From Barthelona sp. PCE (lineage: Eukaryota): DNA of 64,000 nucleotides. Positions 31,578 through 41,527 of the stretch are shown piece after piece. Both the position numbers and the translations under genes were made by a program. The first letter of the stretch is position 1, and each line of letters opens with the position of its first letter. The stretch lies in contig JAUFOR010000008.1 in assembly GCA_040285745.1 (NCBI GenBank), positions 1,054,001 to 1,118,000 on the forward strand, in the 5' to 3' direction. The notes under the pieces were generated by a model that was given only the letters and a program-made list of their open reading frames with translations, ran no database searches and was not told the origin of the DNA.

Positions 31578-34500
31578 TCACTCTTCATTTCCCATTAAAC
31601 TAACTATATCATCAGAATAACTAACAAATGGTGCATGACTTAGCATCTTCAAATATAACAAATCAGTTGAATTATTTTTGTCATGTTCTATCACCTTTTC
31701 AAACATTTGTCCAATCTTAGAAAACGCTCTTTCGACACCTGCATTGCCCGCTGGTGTATTATGGTATTGATTTACGATATCAAAAAATGCAGAACATTTT
31801 TCTAACCCTGGCATATTAAAACCAAAAAGCACTGCATCTGATACGTGTTGCATTGTAACATATTTGCAATCAGTTGATTCGGTACACTGCATTTTTCTTG
31901 CTGGACTTTCCATCATAAAAACCTGCATATCACTTATTCTTTTTGCTTCTTCATTAATAGCTTCATACAGTTCACCATACCCATAATCCACAGAATCGTT
32001 CTCTGAATCACTCCTTTCTTCATCATACAGATATGGTATAGCGCTTGGATCGTTTAAAGAATCGGGCGTCACATATTTTGCATCATAATGACTACACAAC
32101 ACGTTAATAATGTAAGCAAACAACCCCTTATATTTGGAAATGCTAACCCACTCATAATTTGGTTCCACAATCACAAAATAATTGCTATCCATATTCTTTG
32201 GGAAGACGAATCGCAAAAATGTAAATGCCATAACCATCTTCAATCGTACGTGATAGTACTGTGTCTTATTAGCATTAATAAACATCTTCGTATTATTTAC
32301 CACAGCTGTTCTAGTACGTCTACCAAATCGTGCAGTGAGAAAATTACGATGATCATCAAACACTTCCTCTTCAAATTTTGATATACATGGAGTTTCTTCA
32401 GTGCCTGCTTCAGTGCTGATCATCGTCTCGGGTATATCAACAACTAACATGTCTGCTATTAAATATGCTGCTAAAGCTTCGGGTCTGATGAAGTAACGTG
32501 AAAAATAATTTGAAAGATAAGATCGAAGACCAACAAGATATTCATAAAGAAAAGTAAATCTCATTACATCTGCTTCTATCCCACGTCCTGTGCTTTTCAT
32601 AATCTTCCTCTTGGTTAAATAAATATCTGTTTGTAAATTTGTGAAGAGCGTTGCTACCTGATGATAAACAGATAGAACAGAAGTTTCATCAAAACTGGCA
32701 AGACGAGTGATCATCGACAAATGACGTGCAACGGAAAGATAAATCTTACAGGCTTCCCACATGTGCAAACCCAAAGAAAATTCCTCAGGGACTTGCCCAT
32801 CATCAAGGCTGTCAACGATTGCACTGCAAAATGGTGATGCGAACACACGAACCACATCATCTGCCTCTTCATTATTGGTGCGTGAAAGTATTCTGTATCT
32901 CTTCAGACCCTGCAGAGAGGGATTTAAACGATACAGAAAAAAAATTTGTTCAAAATGTGTCATTTCACTCATTCCTAGCTCATCAAACAACTCCTGTGGT
33001 ACATCAATGTATACAGAACCACACAAATAATCCAAAACCAAGGTTGTTGCTTCCCAACCAGCAAGTAGGGAACTACATGTATCTCTGGCTGCCTGATACT
33101 TGTAGAAAGTATCCATCAACTCAGTCGAAAGAATGGATTGTATCTTGGAAAATACAGACACCTCACGCTTTTGCTCCTGAAGAATGGGTTTCATCTGATA
33201 CATCGTTAACATTCCCAAGTTCTCACAGTATTGAGTGTAATACTGGGAACTCGGCTGTGGAAATTCTAACCATGGTTTCATTCGGTGTGTACGCAAATAC
33301 TGCAACATTTGTATTTCAGTGCTGACAGCATAGTTGAACTGAAACATCAAAGATTTATCATCGCAGATCGAAAGATCTTCCATTGCCGAAGGGTATTCCT
33401 CCTCAAACTCTTGGAAAGTCATATTAGATAGGTCATGATTTTCCACCAAAAAAGAACTGACGTTTATCATTTCAGGAATTGTGAGAACTGTGTTCATCCT
33501 TGTGATTGGAGAAGTCAACGGTGTCAAATTGGTAAACACTTTATGAATCAACAGGGTTAGTGATTGCAGAGTTTTTACCCCATCACATGAGCCAATATCG
33601 TCGAATACTTCATTCACTGTATTTAACGTATTGATAACTCCATCTTGATGTTGTTCTAACTTCAAATTATAAGCACACTTTAACGGAATTCTGACTTTAT
33701 CCACTTTTTTCTCCGAATATAGATATTTAATACCCAAAAACTTGATTAGAGTATTGTGACCAACGTGGCACATACAGGAGTTTCGATGAATAAAATTACA
33801 AGCATCACATAAATCTTCTATTGCTTGAACTTCAGCAGTTCCATTATCTGTACCAATATTAATATGTACGGTGGAATCCTCAGGCATTTTAACTATACAT
33901 GAATCATATGCAAACTTTAGTTCTCCAGCTACTCTAACTGGATGCTCGAAAATTGAGTATGAATCTATCAATCCATTTTCTTTAAAAAAAGACAGTATAT
34001 GCTCAGCAACATCTTGTCCACCCTTTCCATGCACTCCAAGTCTAACATCCACTTGTAAACAACGTGTACCTTCAGGTGTGTACTCTGGTATAGTATCATT
34101 TTCAGCCATAACTTTTGAATAAACTACATAATCAATTTTGGCAACAATTACATTTCCACGAAGACTGTTGAGATACTCACCTAATGTGATTGGCTCAGAC
34201 ACATCCATACTCACCTTGAAATCTGATGAAAACGTGGGGTGATCAGGAAATTCAATGTGTAAATCAAGCGGTACACTCATCATAATGACGTAACTACCAT
34301 CTATGACATCATACTGAAAGAACAAAAAAACGTTACCTTGCCTTTTCGCTGAATGAACAATGGTTTGAACAACATATTTATGAAAAATGCGGTTGAAACG
34401 CATGAATAGTTCCATTCTTAGGAGATACTCGCCTCCGGAACTCTGACTAATGTCGTCTAAAGTTTTGCCCCTATTTTTATATGCAAACCATGATAACGGA

Positions 34501-35057
34501 TAACTTATAATCTCTGAATGGCGACTTGAACAAGTGATCTTAACAATTTTTTTTTCCGAATTTATGTAAGGGGAAAGATTCAATTTTTCGATAATTTCTT
34601 CGTTCGTGCATGTCCATATTCCTCTTCTGCTATCGTAATTTATACCTGAAGTTAAATTTCTTGTTGTTTCAGAGCCTATATAAGTGTTGAACTTATTTAG
34701 CTCAGCATTTGGATTAAAGTTCTCAGCATATTTAGCCTCTTTGGAATTGCAACCATTCAGGTATTGAACATATAGTATCTCCAATCTTTCCATGTCAAGA
34801 TTTTCAACAAAAGTTAATTTATCATCGTTCCTGATCGAACACAGAACATGTTTGAACCGTTCTTTGTCCGACATATACTGGCTCAATGGCATTAAACTGA
34901 ATAGATGATAGCCAGCATATACAAGTTTCGGTTTGGTCAGTGTTCTTGAACGTACATTACTAACTTTCTTTCTTACCAACCTACGTGCATTACAGATTCT
35001 TTCACTCATAATATCAAAAGTAGGTTCATAGCGTAAGAGAGGCAATATCTTTCGCAT
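31578..35057 (-). CDS. Large hAT-like DDE transposase (1159 aa from first ATG; frame open to 35258)
   Basis: Hermes-like motifs in order: FFQYD (D1), GQDVAEHILSFFKENGL, IGTDNG (D2), CMCH (CxxH), AGWEAT (W), TPAGNAGVERAFS (E, dimerisation region), DLLYLK. Confidence 0.8.
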   Translation of the reverse strand: MRKILPLLRYEPTFDIMSERICNARRLVRKKVSNVRSRTLTKPKLVYAGYHLFSLMPLSQYMSDKERFKHVLCSIRNDDKLTFVENLDMERLEILYVQYLNGCNSKEAKYAENFNPNAELNKFNTYIGSETTRNLTSGINYDSRRGIWTCTNEEIIEKLNLSPYINSEKKIVKITCSSRHSEIISYPLSWFAYKNRGKTLDDISQSSGGEYLLRMELFMRFNRIFHKYVVQTIVHSAKRQGNVFLFFQYDVIDGSYVIMMSVPLDLHIEFPDHPTFSSDFKVSMDVSEPITLGEYLNSLRGNVIVAKIDYVVYSKVMAENDTIPEYTPEGTRCLQVDVRLGVHGKGGQDVAEHILSFFKENGLIDSYSIFEHPVRVAGELKFAYDSCIVKMPEDSTVHINIGTDNGTAEVQAIEDLCDACNFIHRNSCMCHVGHNTLIKFLGIKYLYSEKKVDKVRIPLKCAYNLKLEQHQDGVINTLNTVNEVFDDIGSCDGVKTLQSLTLLIHKVFTNLTPLTSPITRMNTVLTIPEMINVSSFLVENHDLSNMTFQEFEEEYPSAMEDLSICDDKSLMFQFNYAVSTEIQMLQYLRTHRMKPWLEFPQPSSQYYTQYCENLGMLTMYQMKPILQEQKREVSVFSKIQSILSTELMDTFYKYQAARDTCSSLLAGWEATTLVLDYLCGSVYIDVPQELFDELGMSEMTHFEQIFFLYRLNPSLQGLKRYRILSRTNNEEADDVVRVFASPFCSAIVDSLDDGQVPEEFSLGLHMWEACKIYLSVARHLSMITRLASFDETSVLSVYHQVATLFTNLQTDIYLTKRKIMKSTGRGIEADVMRFTFLYEYLVGLRSYLSNYFSRYFIRPEALAAYLIADMLVVDIPETMISTEAGTEETPCISKFEEEVFDDHRNFLTARFGRRTRTAVVNNTKMFINANKTQYYHVRLKMVMAFTFLRFVFPKNMDSNYFVIVEPNYEWVSISKYKGLFAYIINVLCSHYDAKYVTPDSLNDPSAIPYLYDEERSDSENDSVDYGYGELYEAINEEAKRISDMQVFMMESPARKMQCTESTDCKYVTMQHVSDAVLFGFNMPGLEKCSAFFDIVNQYHNTPAGNAGVERAFSKIGQMFEKVIEHDKNNSTDLLYLKMLSHAPFVSYSDDIVSLMGNEE

Positions 35058-35273
35058 TTTTGTGTTCCACACATCGATGCTGGTATTTTTAACTGTGTAT
35101 TCAAAAAGTACAAACTCTAGACCATTGTCAGTTTTACACCAAAGCTTCCAAATCGGTGTGTTTGGGGAAATATTTTCTGTGGATTCAATACACTCAATTT
35201 CATCATACAACCCTACCGGGTTAGTTTTTGTGTTAAATAAAATGAACTTCAAAAACTTTTAGTTATTAATAGT

Positions 35274-35302
35274 GTAGGCACCATTCCCACATTAATGATG
35301 CA
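35274..35302 (-). repeat. Right terminal inverted repeat
   Basis: Reverse complement reads tgcatcattaatgtgggaatggtgcctac. Confidence 0.75.
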
Positions 35303-35368
35303 TTCAAACATTAATGCTTGACAGAATGAAGTCTACATTATTTCCTTAAACATTGATATTTACAGCAA

Positions 35369-36037
35369 ATGACAACTGAATCACCTGCCACACCTGGCAT
35401 TGATGAGTTTTTGAGTGCTTCGATTGCAAAAAGGGCTGAATTAAGGGTTCTATTCATTGAAACAAAGTCCATTGATTGTTTTTATCAGTATATGGACCTT
35501 GCAACAGAATGCAGCTCAATCGTTGACAAGATTGAAGAGCCTTGCATTGAGCTTGTGGATGAATTCACAAAGCTTGTAGCGAATACATTGGTAACTCGAT
35601 TCGCTTGCTTTACAGGGGACATTCAACCTACTGTGACGAATGATGACCTCATTATTCTTGGGGAGAAGGCCTTTGCTCTGTGCAAGACGCACGTACGTCT
35701 TGCTTTAAAGCTTTGTCAGTTATATGAAGCGAAACAAAATTTCGAAGATTGCGAACGAATTTTGGATACATTTACAACAACAGACGCATCTAAGACCAAG
35801 CTAGTTGATGATGAGAAGCAGCGCATCACTGCTGAAAAAGAGAAATACCAGAAAGAATTGCTTGATAAAGGTATCACAACAGTTAAGAACTTTGGTAGGA
35901 AATGGCTCGGAAAAATAGGAATCGACATTGATCAATTCAAGCTCCAGCCCACCGCAGAAGGAGGATACAGCCTGCAGTATGGCGATGGATCCAATCAAAA
36001 CCAGAATGGAGGCTTCACATTCAATTCTACGTCTTGA
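35369..36037 (+). CDS. TTC1-like TPR protein
   Basis: C-terminus KNFGRKWLGKIGIDIDQFKLQPTAEGGYSLQY resembles TTC1 K.LGN..L..FGLS..NF.......G.YSI.F. Confidence 0.6.
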   Translation: MTTESPATPGIDEFLSASIAKRAELRVLFIETKSIDCFYQYMDLATECSSIVDKIEEPCIELVDEFTKLVANTLVTRFACFTGDIQPTVTNDDLIILGEKAFALCKTHVRLALKLCQLYEAKQNFEDCERILDTFTTTDASKTKLVDDEKQRITAEKEKYQKELLDKGITTVKNFGRKWLGKIGIDIDQFKLQPTAEGGYSLQYGDGSNQNQNGGFTFNSTS

Positions 36038-37442
36038 GATCGGTTCTCAGTTCCAAGCATTTCTCCATCGTCTTCTTTGTAATGTACCAGTCAATGCTCT
36101 CGCTGATTTGGTCAAAGATTGTCCGTGATTGTAGTGTTAAAACATAGACGATCTGATTGAGCCGAGAATTCCGATTTTTTGGGATACCGAGGCGCTGTGC
36201 GAACGTGGAGAAGCAGTATGCAAGATCTCTTTCCAGTTGAAGAGCGCAAAATAAAGTATAGTAACGTGAAAGTACAGGGGCTTCAAACAACTTGTATATT
36301 GCAACAACGACTTCATCGAAAACAGCTGTTTCTATCGCTGCTGGGACGCCTAGCTCCTTCAGCTGACCGATAAGACCGTCTATAAAATCACAGAACTCCT
36401 CTCTGGGCCCGTCAATTAGTAGAAAATCAACCTCAGTCATTGTAAACCGAACTACATGTCCGAAATCGCTCAGTATATAGTCTCTGAGAGATGCTGTTAT
36501 TTGCCTGCACACTGTTTTGAGCACGTTTAGCTCCGCTATGGCATCCACAACAATAGAAAAATGTTTATCAAAACTGGCCTTGTCTTTAGCAAAGGAAAGA
36601 ATGCTGAACAGAATACCTGATCGCTCCAGCGCCACCTTTATCGGTTGGTTGGTCAATGAAAGCAAAGGAATAAGATTATGTACTATGTATCCACAGAGAC
36701 TGGCTGAAATCGTTGAATTAGCCTGAAACCCACAATTGGCACTTCTTACCAAAGCGGCGTTCACCAAGCTGAACAGGTTAGATGCTATGTGTCCTGTTAT
36801 TTCTTCTTCAGGGCCGAACAACTTCATAACAAAAGCATCAAACATACCCAGCTCTTTTCTCGCATACGCACCGATAACATCGCTCAGCAGTCTGTACTCT
36901 GTCATTGGGATGGTTTCGTCTGTCTTTGAAGCAAGATAATCGAAAAATATGTTGATTCGACTGAGTAAAACTTCAAATTCAGAAAGTTCATTGCATTCTT
37001 CAGTAAGCGTTTGTTGAAGAATCCACTCAAGGTTTTCAACGACAGCAGCTGCCATGGCCGTTGCTGTTTCGGAGCGCTCAATCTCCTCTGCAATTCGCTG
37101 ACCATACAACTCAAAAAAGGCAATACCGGTACTGTCAGTGAACGTAGCGTTAAACTCTTTCAACCAATTCTTGCACCGCTCCCTAACCGCTTCATCACGC
37201 TCCTGGTGTACCTGAGTCTCAATTATTGAACGTGCAGCAGAAATGTTCTTGCTAGCAACACGCAAACCAACCATATTCTCGCTAATCTTGGTTCCAAACG
37301 CATGTTGCTTCTCTGCATGGTTGCGTAAAGACTGTGACTGGTTTATGAGATCGTTAATATGATTGCTCTGCATTACTGTAAATTCGCACTTTGCCAGTGC
37401 ATTGGACAGAACCTGTGTCTTACTTTCATACAGTGAATTCAT
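36027..37442 (-). CDS. COG4: Conserved oligomeric Golgi complex subunit 4-like (shortened)
   Basis: C-terminus ALQLERDL...SRLNQIVYVLTL...WYITKKTMEKCLELRTDL matches COG4 GLQ.D.ELR...RL.Q...IL.L...W.LT..E....L.LR.DF. Confidence 0.7.
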   Translation of the reverse strand: MNSLYESKTQVLSNALAKCEFTVMQSNHINDLINQSQSLRNHAEKQHAFGTKISENMVGLRVASKNISAARSIIETQVHQERDEAVRERCKNWLKEFNATFTDSTGIAFFELYGQRIAEEIERSETATAMAAAVVENLEWILQQTLTEECNELSEFEVLLSRINIFFDYLASKTDETIPMTEYRLLSDVIGAYARKELGMFDAFVMKLFGPEEEITGHIASNLFSLVNAALVRSANCGFQANSTISASLCGYIVHNLIPLLSLTNQPIKVALERSGILFSILSFAKDKASFDKHFSIVVDAIAELNVLKTVCRQITASLRDYILSDFGHVVRFTMTEVDFLLIDGPREEFCDFIDGLIGQLKELGVPAAIETAVFDEVVVAIYKLFEAPVLSRYYTLFCALQLERDLAYCFSTFAQRLGIPKNRNSRLNQIVYVLTLQSRTIFDQISESIDWYITKKTMEKCLELRTDLKT

Positions 37443-37518
37443 AGCAAAAAGCCCAAAAACCCAAAAAGGTAAAGGAAAGAGAAAGCATCAAAAACTTATC
37501 AAAAAACAATTCTGCTAT

Positions 37519-38724
37519 TTACAAATCATCCAGGGATATGCCCTGCCCATTACTCTTCCACAACTGTGAGTAATCAACCTTCTCCTCCTCTTCATTCTGA
37601 TCAGTTTTAATCGCAGTGAGATAATCATTAAAGTCAAAGTCTTTCTCACGTAACATGCTGCGAGATGTGCTCCTTGGCGCCATGGATCCGACTGACGACG
37701 AACGAGACATCCTTCTAGGTACTTTAGCACGCAAACCATTAACTTTCGCTTGCATTTTAGTGTTTAGAAGCTCTAATTTTCTTATTTTAGTCTCCATTTT
37801 TCCTTTTTCAGACATATAGGCAACTTTTTCTTGCTCTAATTCATCATTTAAACGATTATTCTCTCTCTTTAAACTGTTATTCTCTCGCCGGAATTCTTCT
37901 CTCTCAATATTCCTAGAACTACTCTTTTGGAGTTCCTTCGCCAATACTGATTTCATCTCCTTCAGTTCCTGCTGCAATAACTCACGCAAACTCCGTTCCT
38001 TCTCACACTGCCGAACAACTTTATCAAACTTTGTGTTCACATAAGCAATGCTCGCCTCCTGTCTGCTTAACTGTCCCTCTAGCACTCTACGTTGCTTGAT
38101 TGCATCAATACTGACGTCATCCAGTTCATTCACAGCCCTCTGATACTCTGTACTCCTATATTCATCGAGCGCTTTGGCATGCTCTTTTAAAACCAATAAT
38201 ACATGTGTGGTTACTTCTTTTGCGTTGTTCTCACCGTCTAGGCGGATCGCCTCTCGTAAGTTATCGCATAAATTGATGAGATCTGCCTTTTCAGTCTTCA
38301 ACTTGATGTTTTCGGATGTTATCCTTTGCATGTGCTTTAATTGCACAGATTTAGAATCTATATCCATCTTGAGCATCTCTTTTTCGTGCTGAAAGTCGGC
38401 TTTTAACGTCTCTAATTCTTCTTGAATAAGAATTGTGTGTCTAGCAAATTTGCTTTGTTCATTTAAAAGCTGCTCTTCAAGCAAACTGATCTGCCCGTCC
38501 CTCTCTGCAGTCTGTCGCGTACGGAGCATAAGCTCTTTTTGTCTTACATCGATCTGTGCTTCGGTTTCTTGCAAAATTGCCCTTAAATTTCTGTTCTCTT
38601 GTTGTAATACGTCCACCTGCTGTTGAGACTCCTCTAACTGATTCTCAACCTCACCTAGACGTTTGCGATTCTTTGTCCCCATTGTGGAAAAGGTACTATT
38701 CGATGAAGCATTATTTTTGAACAT
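37519..38724 (-). CDS. Coiled-coil protein (possibly cilia-associated, CFAP157-like)
   Basis: Continuous heptad-rich E/K/L/Q sequence; the family assignment is tentative. Confidence 0.55.
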   Translation of the reverse strand: MFKNNASSNSTFSTMGTKNRKRLGEVENQLEESQQQVDVLQQENRNLRAILQETEAQIDVRQKELMLRTRQTAERDGQISLLEEQLLNEQSKFARHTILIQEELETLKADFQHEKEMLKMDIDSKSVQLKHMQRITSENIKLKTEKADLINLCDNLREAIRLDGENNAKEVTTHVLLVLKEHAKALDEYRSTEYQRAVNELDDVSIDAIKQRRVLEGQLSRQEASIAYVNTKFDKVVRQCEKERSLRELLQQELKEMKSVLAKELQKSSSRNIEREEFRRENNSLKRENNRLNDELEQEKVAYMSEKGKMETKIRKLELLNTKMQAKVNGLRAKVPRRMSRSSSVGSMAPRSTSRSMLREKDFDFNDYLTAIKTDQNEEEEKVDYSQLWKSNGQGISLDDL

Positions 38725-38828
38725 GAAGCACCGTTAATTCGCTACTTGGATCTGCCTTAGGATTGTAAAATTCTTCATTGGTAATCCCACGAATAATACT
38801 TTTTTACCCATTTCTTGCTTGTATAACG

Positions 38829-40004
38829 ATGAACGACTTCTATGATGAGGACAACTTCGACTACGCAATGTCAACCTCATCTGAAACTAGTTCAGTTATG
38901 CGCAAAACACCATCTTTTCTGCATGATTTGAACTCCGACCTGCAATGGCGAGAAACTGTTGAGACATTCCGTCGGATTGAGGCTGCACGAAGCAATGTAG
39001 ATAACAAAAAGCCTGAGTCTTTGAAATACCGCAAATACTCGAAGCAAAGGAAAATTTCTTACGAACAGAAGGAGCATCAAAGGCGCCTAAAGCATATGTG
39101 GCGCCGCATTGGTGACCAGGGTACCCTACAAGAGCGTAAAAAGAACAGATTTGATCCTATTGCATACCCTGTTTTGGTTCGCCGTAAGAAGAAGAAGAAG
39201 AAAGCATTGCGCACGTTAGATCCACGTCTTGAAGCCAGCAAGATGTCACCAAAGAAGCGCAAAAGACCCCGCACAGCTCAAGGCAAAAGAAAACGACCAT
39301 CAACAAGTTTGGGTTTGCGTAGACCAAAGAGCCGCAGAGACAAGCGGTCTAGGAGCAACAGCTCCTCTGTCTTTAATGATTGGGGTGTTTTTGATAACGC
39401 AGATGAGCTGTGGTTGGCCGCAGTTAATCAAATAGTGGTCAACAGATTGTACAAAGACACACAGTTAGAGGCTCTCTTTGCAGAGATCCAGATCAAGAGC
39501 AAGTTAGAGGAATACGAATTGAGAGACATAGTTGCTAAATTGCGCGTCCAGTTTGATATGCCCGCTTTCTCTGGTCGAAACAGACCTCAAAGTGCATTGG
39601 ACCACGTGCACGAGTTCTCAGACGATGAGGATATTGTTGAACAGAAAGAGGAGATGGAGGTTGTTGACTTGAGCTCAACGCATACCTCTTTATTTGAGCA
39701 TGTTAAAAACAGTAGTGAAAGGACTTCTCCCAAGCCTGAGGAGGCTCCGCAGCAACGCCCTCAGTCAAGGGATATTGATGAACTCATCAGGGAACACGTT
39801 GTCGATAAAGATGATGACACCAGCGAAGACGAAAAGGAGGAGAAGAAGGAAGAAGAAATGGAAGTGAAGGAAGTGGAAGAGCGAAGTTATAAACAACCTT
39901 CAATTTTAGAGGAAATTGTTGATCATGCTAAGGAATCTGTTTCTATGAAACGACAAGCTATTGATTTCAGTGATAGTTCAGATGAGTTTTATGAGGATGC
40001 CTAG
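38829..40004 (+). CDS. Low-complexity basic/acidic protein with SPATA7-like helical segment
   Basis: AVNQIVVNRLYKDTQLEALF...LEEYELRDIVAKLRVQF resembles the SPATA7 conserved block; RP(S/R)TA motifs typical of ciliary proteins. Confidence 0.5.
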   Translation: MNDFYDEDNFDYAMSTSSETSSVMRKTPSFLHDLNSDLQWRETVETFRRIEAARSNVDNKKPESLKYRKYSKQRKISYEQKEHQRRLKHMWRRIGDQGTLQERKKNRFDPIAYPVLVRRKKKKKKALRTLDPRLEASKMSPKKRKRPRTAQGKRKRPSTSLGLRRPKSRRDKRSRSNSSSVFNDWGVFDNADELWLAAVNQIVVNRLYKDTQLEALFAEIQIKSKLEEYELRDIVAKLRVQFDMPAFSGRNRPQSALDHVHEFSDDEDIVEQKEEMEVVDLSSTHTSLFEHVKNSSERTSPKPEEAPQQRPQSRDIDELIREHVVDKDDDTSEDEKEEKKEEEMEVKEVEERSYKQPSILEEIVDHAKESVSMKRQAIDFSDSSDEFYEDA

Positions 40005-40030
40005 CATTTGCTGTTTATTTAATAAATCAA

Positions 40031-40621
40031 TTAATGTCTACTCCTTCTCTTTGCACGGCTCCTCCTCTTCTTCTTCTTCTTAGGGTTCCTCTTGTGTAAA
40101 TCTTCCTTATATTTATCAAATTTGGATGCGACAAAACTACTTGCACCTGCATCATCCAAAACAAAATCAACTAAATTTTTCTTTTTATGACGATTTAGTA
40201 TAGCATCGCTCTTCTGTGTAAGTGATCCGTCTATATCCTGACCAATTGCAAAGAATTTTGAAGTTTCATGGACACCACTTCGAATTCTAAAGTGTCTTCT
40301 GTCTTTGTTGAGTAATGATTGGTGCTTGAGGATGCGCATTTCCTGCTCTAGTTCCTTTGTCATCTTCTGTGACTTAAAATTGAACCATTTAGGACCTGCA
40401 CACCGTTCATCCTCTGCTGCTTTCCTCTCCAGCTCTTTTTCAGTGTACTTCTTTGGCAGAGGCTCGGCCTTTAGCACCTTCTTAGTATCTGTAAGTGCTT
40501 TTGATGACTCATCGTCAGAATCGTCAAATTTCTCCTCAAAAGCGTACGGATCAAAGTATAAATCGTTCTCTTTCTTCGTAGCTAGCTCCTTTGAGACAAG
40601 CGATAGCAGTTTTGTACTCAT
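40031..40621 (-). CDS. FCF2: Fcf2 pre-rRNA processing protein
   Basis: AGPKWFNF...MTKELEQEMRILK...RHFR...KFFAIG...KKKNLVDFVLDD. Confidence 0.85.
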   Translation of the reverse strand: MSTKLLSLVSKELATKKENDLYFDPYAFEEKFDDSDDESSKALTDTKKVLKAEPLPKKYTEKELERKAAEDERCAGPKWFNFKSQKMTKELEQEMRILKHQSLLNKDRRHFRIRSGVHETSKFFAIGQDIDGSLTQKSDAILNRHKKKNLVDFVLDDAGASSFVASKFDKYKEDLHKRNPKKKKKRRSRAKRRSRH

Positions 40622-40789
40622 AATATTGCCCAAAAACAGAGAAAAAGTATAATATCAAACTACACCTTTCTGACATTAGTTATATCCTAAGAGTGCTTTA
40701 AATGGTCACTTAGAACCAATTACCACACTTTAAATTGCACTGCAGCATAAATTGAAGAAAAAAAGCATGCAGGTATTTGATTTTACTAT

Positions 40790-41227
40790 TTACACTTGAG
40801 ATACGGAAGGGCTCTCCTCTGTTGTGTTAAGAGAGTGAGAAGCTTGTGCATCTAACAATTCCCTAATACGTTCAGCTTCTTGATCAATCCTAATACGCTC
40901 TTGATGTCTATGTTCTCTGATCTCAGAGCTATATCTTGACTTTGTTATACCCAGAAAACTGCAAATTTTACCTCCAGTCCAATAAGCAGCGTTATATCCC
41001 TTTCTAAGTACTTTATATGCAATGTCGCGCTTTCTACGAACAGGACCCTCGCCGAATCCGTATGGGACATCAGCGAAAAGTTCGTCTGCCTCAAGTTGAA
41101 GCTCGGATTTTGGTACAGGTGGTAAATCTGGAACTGTCCCCCGCCTGGCAATGATTGCAGGCTGTGATTGATGACTTATGGCAGGTGCTGATTCATGCAA
41201 CTCCTCATTTATGGTATTGTCAGACAT
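40790..41227 (-). CDS. FAM177-like protein
   Basis: WTGGKICSFLGITKSRYSSEIREH resembles FAM177 FLGEKIAS.LGI..PKYQY.IDEY. Confidence 0.6.
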   Translation of the reverse strand: MSDNTINEELHESAPAISHQSQPAIIARRGTVPDLPPVPKSELQLEADELFADVPYGFGEGPVRRKRDIAYKVLRKGYNAAYWTGGKICSFLGITKSRYSSEIREHRHQERIRIDQEAERIRELLDAQASHSLNTTEESPSVSQV

Positions 41228-41527
41228 TGGCTGAAAAGGGTAAGATATTCAGAAACACCATTTAAGAAAATTACACCTTAGCCTTCTTCCGTTAGAGCAT
41301 TTACTTCTTAAATTCACCATACACAAAAACATAATTACTTAAAACAAGGAAAATTCAATTATCATTTTTCCCAAAACAGTATCTTACTTGCAACCCTGCT
41401 ACCATTCTCTAAAAACTGATTTGTGCAGTGTAGTCTGTTTATTCTTTACAAATATTCACAATTTCAACTTTGTCGATTTTATCCCTTTTCTTTCTTATTA
41501 AATGCATTTTACACTTGTTAAAAGGCC

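Larger units (their letters stand above)
31415..35302 (-). mobile_element. hAT-superfamily DNA transposon-like element with imperfect TIRs
   Basis: Inverted repeats 31415-31443 and 35274-35302 (25/29 match) bracket a transposase ORF; no target-site duplication found. Confidence 0.7.
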
